64,000 bases of DNA from an uncultured Eubacteriales bacterium (lineage in GTDB: Bacteria > Bacillota > Clostridia > Oscillospirales > CAG-272). The position numbers and the translations under genes are program-made. Of this stretch, positions 20,846 to 30,059 are shown in pieces (the stretch's first letter is position 1; each line of letters starts with the position of its first letter). Location of the stretch: positions 5,865-69,864 of the forward strand of contig CATWNM010000007.1 in assembly GCA_958352145.1 (NCBI GenBank), given 5' to 3'. Below the pieces are notes generated by a model that ran no database searches, had not been told where the DNA came from, and was given only the letters and a program-made list of their open reading frames with translations.

Positions 20846-22037
20846 GGCTTTCTACCCAAGCGATTACATCGCTTTCGTTGGTGCCGGAACGGAAACGCTC
20901 GCCCGTCTGCCAATCGCCTGTGCCTGCCATTTCTGCAAGCAGTTTGCCGCTTTCGCCAAGTCCTGAACTTGAAGATGTTGCAAAGGGAATAACGGTCTTT
21001 CCCGTAAAATCGTTTGCTTTAATGAATCCGTCAACAGGCCAAGCGGCAATGCCCCACCAAATCGGATAGCCGATGAAAACAGTGTCGTATTCGCCCCAAT
21101 TATCGACTGTGCTTTTTACAAGCGGTACATCACGCTCATTGGGATTATCGTGTTCACGCACAACACGGCTGTTATCGTCTGTCCAGTTAAGATCGGCGTC
21201 GCTGTACGGATTGGCGGGTTCAAGTTTAAATAGATCGCCGTTTGTTGCGGCTGCAATCGTTTTTGCCACATTCTCTGTGTTGCCTGTTGCGGAGTAATAG
21301 ACAACTAATGTTTTTCCTGCCTCATCGGTGGAATTTGGCGCTTCGACAACAGAAGATTCCGGCTGTGCCGCAGTTTGTTCAAAGCCAAGAGATTTCACCC
21401 AATCAATAATTTCCTGCTCTGCGTCTTGAATATCGTTACGGGAAATGGATTTACCCTCTAATACCTTGGCGTTTGGCTCCAGTTCTTTGATTGTGGAGAT
21501 TGTACCCGAAAAACCGCTGCCGCCGTGTGTGTTAAAGGGAATAATGGTCTTGCCGGAAAAATCGTATTCGTCAAAGAAAGAATAAAGGATCATCGGCATA
21601 TCGCCCCACCAATTCGGATAACCGACAAAGATATTTTCATAGGTGTCAAAATTTTCGATGGTATCTTTGATTTTCGGTCTTGCATTATTGTTCTGTTCTT
21701 CTTTTGCAAGGTCAACCAGCGTATCGTGGTCGGTAGGATAGGGCGTTTCCGGCTCAATGCGGAAAATGTCTGCATCAACGGTTTCTTCAATAACATAAGC
21801 CATATACTGCGTATTACCGAGCGTTTCACCGCCTATTACAACAGTACTGTCATCAACATTATCAGGCATGGAAAAATACACGACAAGATTTTTTTCGTTT
21901 GTATTATGCGGCGTGAATGCGCTCCCATTATTTTGCGACGGTGTATTCGTATCGCCCTGCTGATTACTGCAAGCGGCAAAAGCGAATATAAGAATAAGGC
22001 TCATAAAAACAGCGATTATTTTTTTCATAACGAACAT
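20835..22037 (-). CDS. Lipoprotein with two tandem flavodoxin domains
   Basis: 400 aa. Lipobox FAFAAC. Domain 1 has NLVVYFSMPDN...VGYPNWWGD and domain 2 has TLVVYYSATGNTENVA...IGYPIWWG. The stop overlaps the next gene by 11 nt. Confidence 0.75.
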   Translation of the reverse strand: MFVMKKIIAVFMSLILIFAFAACSNQQGDTNTPSQNNGSAFTPHNTNEKNLVVYFSMPDNVDDSTVVIGGETLGNTQYMAYVIEETVDADIFRIEPETPYPTDHDTLVDLAKEEQNNNARPKIKDTIENFDTYENIFVGYPNWWGDMPMILYSFFDEYDFSGKTIIPFNTHGGSGFSGTISTIKELEPNAKVLEGKSISRNDIQDAEQEIIDWVKSLGFEQTAAQPESSVVEAPNSTDEAGKTLVVYYSATGNTENVAKTIAAATNGDLFKLEPANPYSDADLNWTDDNSRVVREHDNPNERDVPLVKSTVDNWGEYDTVFIGYPIWWGIAAWPVDGFIKANDFTGKTVIPFATSSSSGLGESGKLLAEMAGTGDWQTGERFRSGTNESDVIAWVESLEK

Positions 22038-22054
22038 TCCTTTCTATGATGTTT

Positions 22055-23224
22055 TTAATAACATTCCTTGAAAATTTCCAAGATTTCTTCGTGCGACATT
22101 TGTTTGTAACTGCCGGGGACGATAGCTACGGTATCAGCGATTTCCTTTAAGTTTGTTTGCTCGGTTACACCGAGTTCCCGCAAGGTCGTGGGCAAACCGA
22201 TTTCTTTGATAAAATCTGCCAACGCTTCAACGCCTACAAGGGCGGTTTCTTCCTCTGTTTTGCCGTCTGCCGAAACGCCCCAAACCTCGGTTGCGAATCG
22301 TTTGAATTTCGGCAAGCCGTATTTATAAATATGGCGGTAATAAACAGGGTGCAGAACCGCAAGTCCCTCGCCGTGGTTGCAATTGGTGTATGCGCCAAGC
22401 TGGTGTTCCATTTGGTGACATTCAAAATCTGTGCGTTTGCCGAGTTTGATAATTCGGTTTTCTGCCATTGTAGCCGCCCACATCAGATTGCTTCGTGCGG
22501 TATAATCCTTCGGATTCTGAATAGCAGTACGGAGGTTGCGGATTACGCTTCGCATAAGCGCCTCGGAAATATCGTCCGATACATTGTCCTCGTTTGGCTC
22601 GCTGAAATAAATCTCCATAATGTGCGAAAGAATATCAAAACTGCCGGACGCCATTTGTTTTTTTGGCACGCTGTACGTATAGGTCGGGTCGAGCAGGGCA
22701 AATTGGGGGTTGCATTTTGGATAATCTCTGCCTGTTTTGATTTTCAAGTCCTCGTTGGTAATAACTGCGCCGCCATTGCACTCGCTGCCTGTGCCTGCCA
22801 CGGTGACAATTACGCCGAGGGGTAACGGCTCGAAATCAAAGATACCCGGTCTCGTCCAAAAATCCGCCCATACATCGCCTTCATAGCAGGCGGCAATAGA
22901 AATCGCTTTACAGCAGTCCATAACAGAGCCGCCGCCGATTCCTAAAAGCAGGCTAACTCCGTTTTCCCTTGCGAGTTTTGCACCCTCCAACAACCTTGCG
23001 TAGGTGGGGTTTGCCATAATTCCGCTAAACTCCACCACGGTTTTACCTGCGGCTTTCAAGATTCCCATTACCTCGTCATAGATACCGTTTTTCTTGATAG
23101 AGCCGCCGCCATAACAAAGCATAACCGTATCGCCGTAGGCTTTTGTCAGGCATGACAAATATTCCTTTACGCAGCCTTTGCCAAAATAAACCTTTGTAGA
23201 GTTTTCAAAAATAAAGTTGTTCAT
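22055..23224 (-). CDS. Iron-containing alcohol dehydrogenase (butanol dehydrogenase/YqhD-like)
   Basis: 389 aa. GGGSVMDCCKAI signature and conserved His cluster (HQMEHQLG...HGEGLA). Confidence 0.9.
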   Translation of the reverse strand: MNNFIFENSTKVYFGKGCVKEYLSCLTKAYGDTVMLCYGGGSIKKNGIYDEVMGILKAAGKTVVEFSGIMANPTYARLLEGAKLARENGVSLLLGIGGGSVMDCCKAISIAACYEGDVWADFWTRPGIFDFEPLPLGVIVTVAGTGSECNGGAVITNEDLKIKTGRDYPKCNPQFALLDPTYTYSVPKKQMASGSFDILSHIMEIYFSEPNEDNVSDDISEALMRSVIRNLRTAIQNPKDYTARSNLMWAATMAENRIIKLGKRTDFECHQMEHQLGAYTNCNHGEGLAVLHPVYYRHIYKYGLPKFKRFATEVWGVSADGKTEEETALVGVEALADFIKEIGLPTTLRELGVTEQTNLKEIADTVAIVPGSYKQMSHEEILEIFKECY

Positions 23225-23272
23225 TGTATCAATCCTTTCTTTGATTATTTGTGTTGATAATTTCTTCGAGCG

Positions 23273-24292
23273 TTACATTTGCGTTTCCCAAAAGTCCATA
23301 GCGTCATTTATCCACCCCACGGCAATCGTTCCCGTGCCGAGACCGAAGCCGTGTCTCAGGCCTTTGTAATGGTGAAATTCGGTCGGGATTCCAAGTGCGT
23401 TCAAATGGTCAAGCCGAGCCTCCATTGTACGCCAGTTTGCAATACCGTCGTTTTCGCCCACACAAGCATAGGTCGGCGGATCGTTCTCGCTATATTCGTT
23501 GTAACCTGTGTACTGCATAATCACTGCCCCGGCCTGCGGCAAATCTTTTTCTCCGAACGCTGCCGTGCCATAAGAACCGAGCCACGCTGCCATTCTTCCT
23601 CCTGCCGAACCGCCCCAGAGGGAATAACAATCCGTGTTTACCTCTAATTCATCAGCATTTTCAAAAATAAAGCTGATTGCTCTTGCCAAGTCCTCGCAGG
23701 CGGTCTGTGCGCCGGGGCGATAAATCAAAGCAAATGCATTGTAGCCCATTTTTGATAATTCCAAAGCATGGGGAAAACTATCGTGCATTGCGCCAACATA
23801 AGCAAATCCGCCGCCTACGTTGCATACCGCAAACCGTTCACCGGGATTTCCCTTGAAGAAAAACAAGCCTGTATCTTCCTTTGTGGGATCAGCCGCCTTT
23901 TCTTCATCGGTATAAATGTCATAGAAAATCACATGGCCGTTTTCAGCGTGGTTTTTCATATAGTTCGTAATCTCAACGGTCTTATCAGGGTCAATATTGT
24001 TGTACTAAATAAGTCCGAGTTCCCCCAATGTATCGCCGCTGTAATATCCGCTGTTTACAGGGAATATTAGTCTGCCGTAATCCCCAAAGACGGGGTTGTT
24101 CATCACATCGGATATTTTGGTGTTTACCGTATATCGTTCAGTATTGTTCTGATTCGCTTGCACAGATGTCTCTACTCCTTTGGAATCCGTGTCTGTATCG
24201 GTGTTATTCATTTTTATACAACACCCTGCAAGGAAAACGGCTATACAAATTAAAATTGCGAGGAAAGCGTTCTTTCTCAAAGCCGTCACCAA
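23273..24292 (-). pseudogene. Lipoprotein alpha/beta hydrolase interrupted by an in-frame TAG
   Basis: ORFs 24005-24292 (signal peptide plus lipobox FLAGC) and 23273-23959 share a frame. They are separated only by a TAG at 24005-24007 (GELGLI*YNNIDPDK). Catalytic elbow WGGSAGG. Confidence 0.75.
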
Positions 24293-24374
24293 CCTTTTTG
24301 TTTACAGTATAAACAAAACGAGACCTCCGCAGAAGTCTCGTTTTGTTTATCAGTTTATACCCAAAGGTTATATC

Positions 24375-25319
24375 TTATCTAATTTCCTTTATACAACGAT
24401 TTCCCTGCCCGCAGGGGTCTTTCACCGCCGCCTGCGCTGCGCTAAGAAAGCGCTTAACTAATTCTGTCGGTTGCGGTGAGTGCAATATGCCGTAGGGAAT
24501 ACAATGCTCCCATTCCACAGGAATAACTTTTAACAACGGATGTACATTTGCCCAGCCGGGAATAGCCATCAGGATATCGTTTCCATTTTCGCAGCGATTA
24601 AATATGTTTACATCATAAAAATCAAAATCTATTACATTGATTTGCGGATGGTTTTTCCAAATATCATCGCGCAGTCCGTCAACATAACGGCTCCAGCCAC
24701 GGTGCATTAAAAGCAAATTTTCACCATATAAATCCTCTATCTTTAATTTATCCTTTGAGGCAAGTCGATGATGAAAAGATACTGCACAGCAAAGCGGCTC
24801 ACAGGACAGCCTCAATCCGTCGCAATGACGAAGATGTAGCATTGTTTCATCAAATATACCGCCGATTACATCAATGTTTGTACCGAGGTTAGCTAAAATC
24901 TCCCGTGCATTTTCAGGTGTATTTTCAAACGGAACAATCTGAAATTTCATATCAGGGCAATGCTCATGCATTTTTGGCCATAACTGCATAAGCAGTTGCG
25001 CCGGCGTGGTAGCCGATGTACCGATTCGGATAATATTCGTATCCTCCTGCATTGCGTTTTTCGCCCGTGTGACGGAATCTTTACAGTATTGAATGATGTA
25101 TTTTGAATCCTGATACAGAGAGCGACCGGCTTTTGTCAAAAGTAAGCCTCTGTGAGTACGCTCAAAGAGTTTCACCTCTAACGAATCTTCCAACAAATTG
25201 ATTTGTTTTATGACAGCAGTAGGCGTAATGTAAGATTCTTCTGCGGCCTTATTAAAACTGCCGGCGTCTGCTACTCTTAAAAATGTTTCAAGTTGAGGGT
25301 TATACATCCATTTCACCAC
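24375..25319 (-). CDS. LysR family transcriptional regulator
   Basis: 314 aa. N-terminal LysR HTH (LETFLRVADAGSFNKAAEESYITPTAVIKQINLLE) plus a substrate-binding domain. First large gene of the minus-strand cluster. Confidence 0.9.
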   Translation of the reverse strand: MVKWMYNPQLETFLRVADAGSFNKAAEESYITPTAVIKQINLLEDSLEVKLFERTHRGLLLTKAGRSLYQDSKYIIQYCKDSVTRAKNAMQEDTNIIRIGTSATTPAQLLMQLWPKMHEHCPDMKFQIVPFENTPENAREILANLGTNIDVIGGIFDETMLHLRHCDGLRLSCEPLCCAVSFHHRLASKDKLKIEDLYGENLLLMHRGWSRYVDGLRDDIWKNHPQINVIDFDFYDVNIFNRCENGNDILMAIPGWANVHPLLKVIPVEWEHCIPYGILHSPQPTELVKRFLSAAQAAVKDPCGQGNRCIKEIR

Positions 25320-25509
25320 CTTTACTCCAACGCTTTTTTCGTAAATCTGTCGGTTTTTCCGCCGTTTTGGGAATCATCCAAGAACGCCCGAATTTTTGTG
25401 TTCCGTCTATTCTATTTTCTTCACATAATTTTTGAATACGCCGTTCAGAGATTTCCCATTTCTGTGCCGCCTCTTTGACTGATATGTAATCCATTTCCAT
25501 CCTCCCCAA
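25300..25509 (-). CDS. Small helix-turn-helix DNA-binding protein (excisionase/MerR-like HTH)
   Basis: 69 aa. DYISVKEAAQKWEISERRIQKLCEENRI is a typical HTH_17-like motif. Overlaps the LysR start by 20 nt. Confidence 0.65.
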   Translation of the reverse strand: MGRMEMDYISVKEAAQKWEISERRIQKLCEENRIDGTQKFGRSWMIPKTAEKPTDLRKKRWSKGGEMDV

Positions 25510-26109
25510 AGTACGCTTAACCGAACAATAACATAACTATATTTTATTCGTATATGTGTATAGTGTCAAGAGAAATATTTGAACTGGTTTTAGGGACATT
25601 TAAATTGGTGAGCGTAGACTCTCCGAATTAGGTAGCAAACAAATTTTGGGGAGATTTTGTTTTACAGTGATAAGGAAGTATTTACAACAACTTATCATCG
25701 ACGCTGACAAACAGGATTGCAAACAGAAACAGAGAGTTAATCACTTCCAAAAATGGTCGGCTCTCTGTTTTTCTATCTCCGCATTGTTACGCAGTAGAAC
25801 CCCATTTTTAAGGGAAAAGGTATAAATCCCTTACCCTTGATATTTTCGTGTCTGTAAGCCGTTTAAATCAAGGTTGTTTTGCCCTCTACTGCGTAACATT
25901 ACTATGGTAATTCATGTAGCTGTTTACACAAAACAAAACCTATGTGTACTTCCGGCTTTCGGTATTGGATTACCCTACATTGGATTTTCCAACGTTGGAT
26001 AAACCTATGTTGGAAAATCCAACGCAATTAAATAAAGATATACAAAGTAAAGATTAAATAATTACTGATTCAATCAATTACCCATTCCTTTCCGTCCCCT
26101 CAATTCTAC

Positions 26110-26525
26110 CTATTCTTTTCGTAACTGTTTTAGCGCTGCTAATTTCCAGTAATTCGTTGTACTTCTGTTTCGCCCATACTCTTTTCCAATTTGAGCATCG
26201 GTATAACCGAAGAAAAAGTACAGAAGTAAAACATTACGTCTTTGTTCGTTCAATTTCAATAGTGCTTCGGCTAACTGTTTACTTGCAACAACAATCTCTT
26301 GTCCTTTCACAACAAAAATAGTCGGTTGGTCATACTACTCGAAATAAGTATCCGTTGTGAACGCTTCAAACGACGTTTCGGATTTAAGTATTCCAGCGAT
26401 ATTTCCCGTTTCTGCTTCCGTCCGAAATCACGATAGGCAGACATTGCCGCATTGTAGAGAGCAACTCTGCAAAAAGCGGCGAAAGTGTATTTGATATGTT
26501 CCTTGTATTCTTCCGAATAAATCAT
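26110..26525 (-). pseudogene. Tn916 ORF7-like sigma-70 family protein, frameshift plus in-frame TAG
   Basis: The N-terminus MIYSEEYKEHIKYTFAAFCRVALYNA...EISLEYL and the C-terminal region-4 HTH (RRNVLLLYFFFGYTDAQIGKEYGRNRSTTNYW) are in different frames. The C-terminal frame contains TYFE*YDQ (TAG). Confidence 0.75.
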
Positions 26526-26889
26526 CCAACTCCCCCCTTTCCTCCCGGCAAGGGGGTGATAAAACAAATACCCATACAGTGGAAAACTGTACGGGCGTTT
26601 GAACAATGTGAACTGATGATGTTATCTATATGACCTGTGTGTTCACTATCATAGACAGGAATATACCTCAATGAAACAACGTTTTTTTGACAACAGGCTA
26701 TAGGGTGATTGAATAGCAAACATGGCGATGCCTCCCGATACTGCCGGACTTTTACTTTACGCAAAAATACGGCGACTTTGAATAACAATCAAAACCGCCG
26801 CTGGGCTTTTCTATTCTGTTTAGGCGTGATTATACAGCCGCCGAAACAACGTTTTTTTCATTATCCGTTGGGCGGAATGTATCAATAAG

Positions 26890-27753
26890 TTAGAGTGCTT
26901 CGTTTGGGTATTGGCTTAGAAATACCTCGTTTGCCTTTTCTAATTTGTCGTGATATTTACGATAAGACCTACTCAGTTTTTTCATTGCTGGGATAAAGAT
27001 AGTATCATATCCACTTTCGCTGTTGAGTTTCCTTAGATATTCCTGAAGTCTATACGCCGGGGAAGCCTTAAATTCATCGGATTGTTTTAGCTGCATATAC
27101 CGTTCAAGAATTTCTTTGTTCTCTGCTATATATTTTTCAGTATCAGAAATTGCGTAATTCATATTTGCAAACACCTTCTCGACAAAGGCTTCGTCAAAAT
27201 CTTTTGTGATTTCATCAAGATATTGCTGAAGATCGGGTGGAAGTGCAAAACTTACATTATCCAAAAATTCAATGACAGTTTCAAACGCCTCTTGTTGTTC
27301 ATCACTAACAATAGGCTCATTGAGATACCGGGCAAAATGCAGACTGATATATTTACCATAGTAGCCCGGAAAGACATTCAACAGTCTTTGCAAAATCGTC
27401 TGACTTTTTTCGAGGACTTCAAGTTGAGCGTTTGTATATTCCCAATCTTGTTTCTCCGCAAGCTGTTGAACTAATGCTTGCTTTGTTTCTTCCGCTTTGA
27501 TTTCAATTCTTTTTCTTTCGGAAACCTTGTACAATGCCGTTTGCCCTCCTCCGTCCAAAACTTCTTTTATGCTTTGAACCGATAAGCCTAATCTTCGGAG
27601 TATAGCAATCTTTTTTAATCTTTCAATATCAGCAGCAGAAAAATTACGATACCCATTTTCTAATGTTTTCGGCTGAACTAACTTTTGCTCAGCATAGTAT
27701 TCAATCGACTTTTTTGTTAATCTACACTTTTTGCAAACCTCGTTAATCAACAT
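26890..27753 (-). CDS. MerR family transcriptional regulator with a long C-terminal effector domain
   Basis: 287 aa. MerR HTH (LTKKSIEYYAEQKLVQPKTLENGYRNFSAADIERLKKI). Confidence 0.85.
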   Translation of the reverse strand: MLINEVCKKCRLTKKSIEYYAEQKLVQPKTLENGYRNFSAADIERLKKIAILRRLGLSVQSIKEVLDGGGQTALYKVSERKRIEIKAEETKQALVQQLAEKQDWEYTNAQLEVLEKSQTILQRLLNVFPGYYGKYISLHFARYLNEPIVSDEQQEAFETVIEFLDNVSFALPPDLQQYLDEITKDFDEAFVEKVFANMNYAISDTEKYIAENKEILERYMQLKQSDEFKASPAYRLQEYLRKLNSESGYDTIFIPAMKKLSRSYRKYHDKLEKANEVFLSQYPNEAL

Positions 27754-27992
27754 ATTTATTACCTCCGATTACATGATAAACCGTCCCCCAAGGTGGCAGT
27801 CAATAGATTTTTAAAATTTTTTTGCAACAAACTGCCCTTTTCGGTTGGATATTGAGTGGAAAAATTTTTTCAAAAAATGCGACTGAAAGTTTGGCAAATT
27901 CATAATTTCGGGGGTGTATGTAGTGAAAGGGTTTGGGACACTTCCCAACAAGCAAAAATCGCCCGCTGTCAGCAGACAGAAAACGGACGATT

Positions 27993-28187
27993 TTACGGAA
28001 AGGGTGCTCTTTTCCTATGCTTGCTACGAATGTTATCTATATTCGCAAGATAGCGGGGCGATAAGTTCATATCGTCGCTGACCTTCTTGCGAGACTCTCC
28101 TCGTTTCGTTCTTGCGTCTTTTATAGCCTTTCCAAACGCCGTAAAGTCATAAAGTGGTACGGGTCTTTTCATGGCTTTTACTTTCAT
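27993..28187 (-). pseudogene. XRE-family HTH regulator, probable 3'-truncated remnant
   Basis: 64 aa. The HTH start (FGKAIKDARTKRGESRKKVSDDMNLSPRYLANIDN) runs into unrelated sequence. Length and ending are atypical for the family. Confidence 0.45.
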
Positions 28188-28382
28188 TTGTGCTATAATA
28201 ATTCATACGCTTATATTATACAGTTCATCCTCGCTTTTGTATATGTCTGCACAATTCATAGTGTTAGCCAATATATTTCCAATTACTCGTTTTTTATTTG
28301 TTAATTTTCTGTGAAACTTCTTGACTTTTATCCGATTTCGGATTATAATATCATCCGCTTTCGGATAAAACGAGGTGGACAG

Positions 28383-28847
28383 ATGAAAGAAGTTATTCCA
28401 ACACAATTAACGGCGTTTAATAAAATCCACAAGGAAATGGATATTGTTTATCACAATTATGCCAAGGACTTTGGATTGTCCGATACTGCTTTTTGGATTT
28501 TATATTCCGTATCTGAACATAATGGCTCGTTTACACAACGGGAATTATGCAATGATTGGTCTTTTACTCCCCAAACGGTAAATTCTGCGCTTAAGGAGTT
28601 GGAGAAACGGAATATTATCACATTGGAATCTGTACCCGGTAATCGGAAAAACAAGTGGATTAAATTCACCGAGCAAGGCAAAGCCTTGGCATACCGTTCT
28701 GTCATTCCGCTCATGCAGGCAGAGTATGATTCATTTGCGGCATTGAATGAAGAAGAGCGTGAACTACTTTTGTCCACTACCCAAAAACACATTTCCATTT
28801 TGAGAAATGAAATCAACAGAATAAATAAGATGTCATCGGAGGACTGA
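28383..28847 (+). CDS. MarR family transcriptional regulator
   Basis: 154 aa from the ATG at 28383 (RBS GAGGTGG). Winged-HTH core FTQRELCNDWSFTPQTVNSALKELEKRNII. Confidence 0.8.
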   Translation: MKEVIPTQLTAFNKIHKEMDIVYHNYAKDFGLSDTAFWILYSVSEHNGSFTQRELCNDWSFTPQTVNSALKELEKRNIITLESVPGNRKNKWIKFTEQGKALAYRSVIPLMQAEYDSFAALNEEERELLLSTTQKHISILRNEINRINKMSSED

Positions 28848-28944
28848 TCATCGCAATGATTGATAGTCGAACGGAAGATGTCGGGTGCGCCCGGTTATTG
28901 TAACAGATAACCGGGATTTTTTTGCCCTGAAAGGAGGCGGTATT

Positions 28945-29417
28945 ATGCGCCATGACACCGATGTTCTGCTGAAAGCATTAAACCGTCAAACCAAGGAGGT
29001 AGATGCCATTTATTATAAAGTCGCGTCGGTATGGGGACTATCAGAAAGTGCATTTTGGATTTTATATACCATAGCAAAGTTTCCGCATGAATGCTCACAG
29101 CGCGATATATGTTCGGATTTGCCCATATTTAAAACAACGGTCAATTCTGCAATACAAAGCCTTGCCCGAAAAGGATATGTATTTTTAGAACGAGATTCGG
29201 ATTCCTTGCGTAAAAAATTATACATATGACAGAATACGGCAGACAATTTGTAAAACAACATATTGTACCGTTGCAAAAAGCAGAGCGAAAAGCATTTTTA
29301 AGAATGGACATTCAAGAGCAAGAAACGTATGTTGGCTTATCTCAAAAATATGTTTCAAATTTGCGAGAGGAAGCGGAAACATTCTTAAAATCTTATCAAA
29401 AATCTAAAACTAATTGA
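28945..29417 (+). pseudogene. MarR family regulator paralog, frameshifted
   Basis: 28945-29229 (…CSQRDICSDLPIFKTTVNSAIQSLARKGYV…RKKLYI*) and 29226-29417 (MTEYGRQFVKQHIVP…) are collinear with the intact paralog but in different frames. The shift is at an A6 run near 29212-29217. Confidence 0.65.
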
Positions 29418-29433
29418 AGAAGGAAATATCAAT

Positions 29434-30048
29434 ATGAAAATTATTACTATCAGCCGAGAATTCGGTAGCGGAGGACGAGAGCTTGGAAAGCGTTTAGCGG
29501 ATGCTCTCGGTATTCCGTGTTACGATCACGAGATCATGGAAATGGTTGCAGAAAGGCACGGCTTTGGCAAGGAGCATGTTGCGCACGTTTCCGAAAAGGA
29601 CATTCGGGTATTTTATCCGACAACGATCGCACATCGGTTGATTACTCCGCACCCGATGGCACAGCAATCCGTTAAAATTGCTGTTGCCGAGCATGAGACC
29701 ATAAAAGAGCTTGCAAATGAGGGCGACTGTGTTATCGTAGGACGGTGTTCCGATGTGATTCTGCGTGAGATGAACCCGATGAACATATTTGTTTATGCAG
29801 ATACCCCCTCCAAACTCGAACGGTGCAAGAGCAAGGCAGATGAAAACGAGCATTTTTCGGACAAAGAAATGCTGAAAAAGATGAAGCAAATCGATAAGGA
29901 ACGCGCCGCTTACCGTGCGATGTTTACAGAGTGCGCTTGGGGCAGAAAAGAATCCTATCATCTTTGTATCAATACATCAGGTAAAGAGATCAAGACATTG
30001 ATACCCGGAATTGCGGAGTATGTAAAGCTGTGGTTTAGCGTGAATTGA
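29434..30048 (+). CDS. Cytidylate kinase-like family protein (P-loop)
   Basis: 204 aa. MKIITISREFGSGGRELGKRLADALGIPCYD is the typical N-terminus of the Cytidylate_kin2 family. Confidence 0.75.
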   Translation: MKIITISREFGSGGRELGKRLADALGIPCYDHEIMEMVAERHGFGKEHVAHVSEKDIRVFYPTTIAHRLITPHPMAQQSVKIAVAEHETIKELANEGDCVIVGRCSDVILREMNPMNIFVYADTPSKLERCKSKADENEHFSDKEMLKKMKQIDKERAAYRAMFTECAWGRKESYHLCINTSGKEIKTLIPGIAEYVKLWFSVN

Positions 30049-30059
30049 GGTGGGACATC

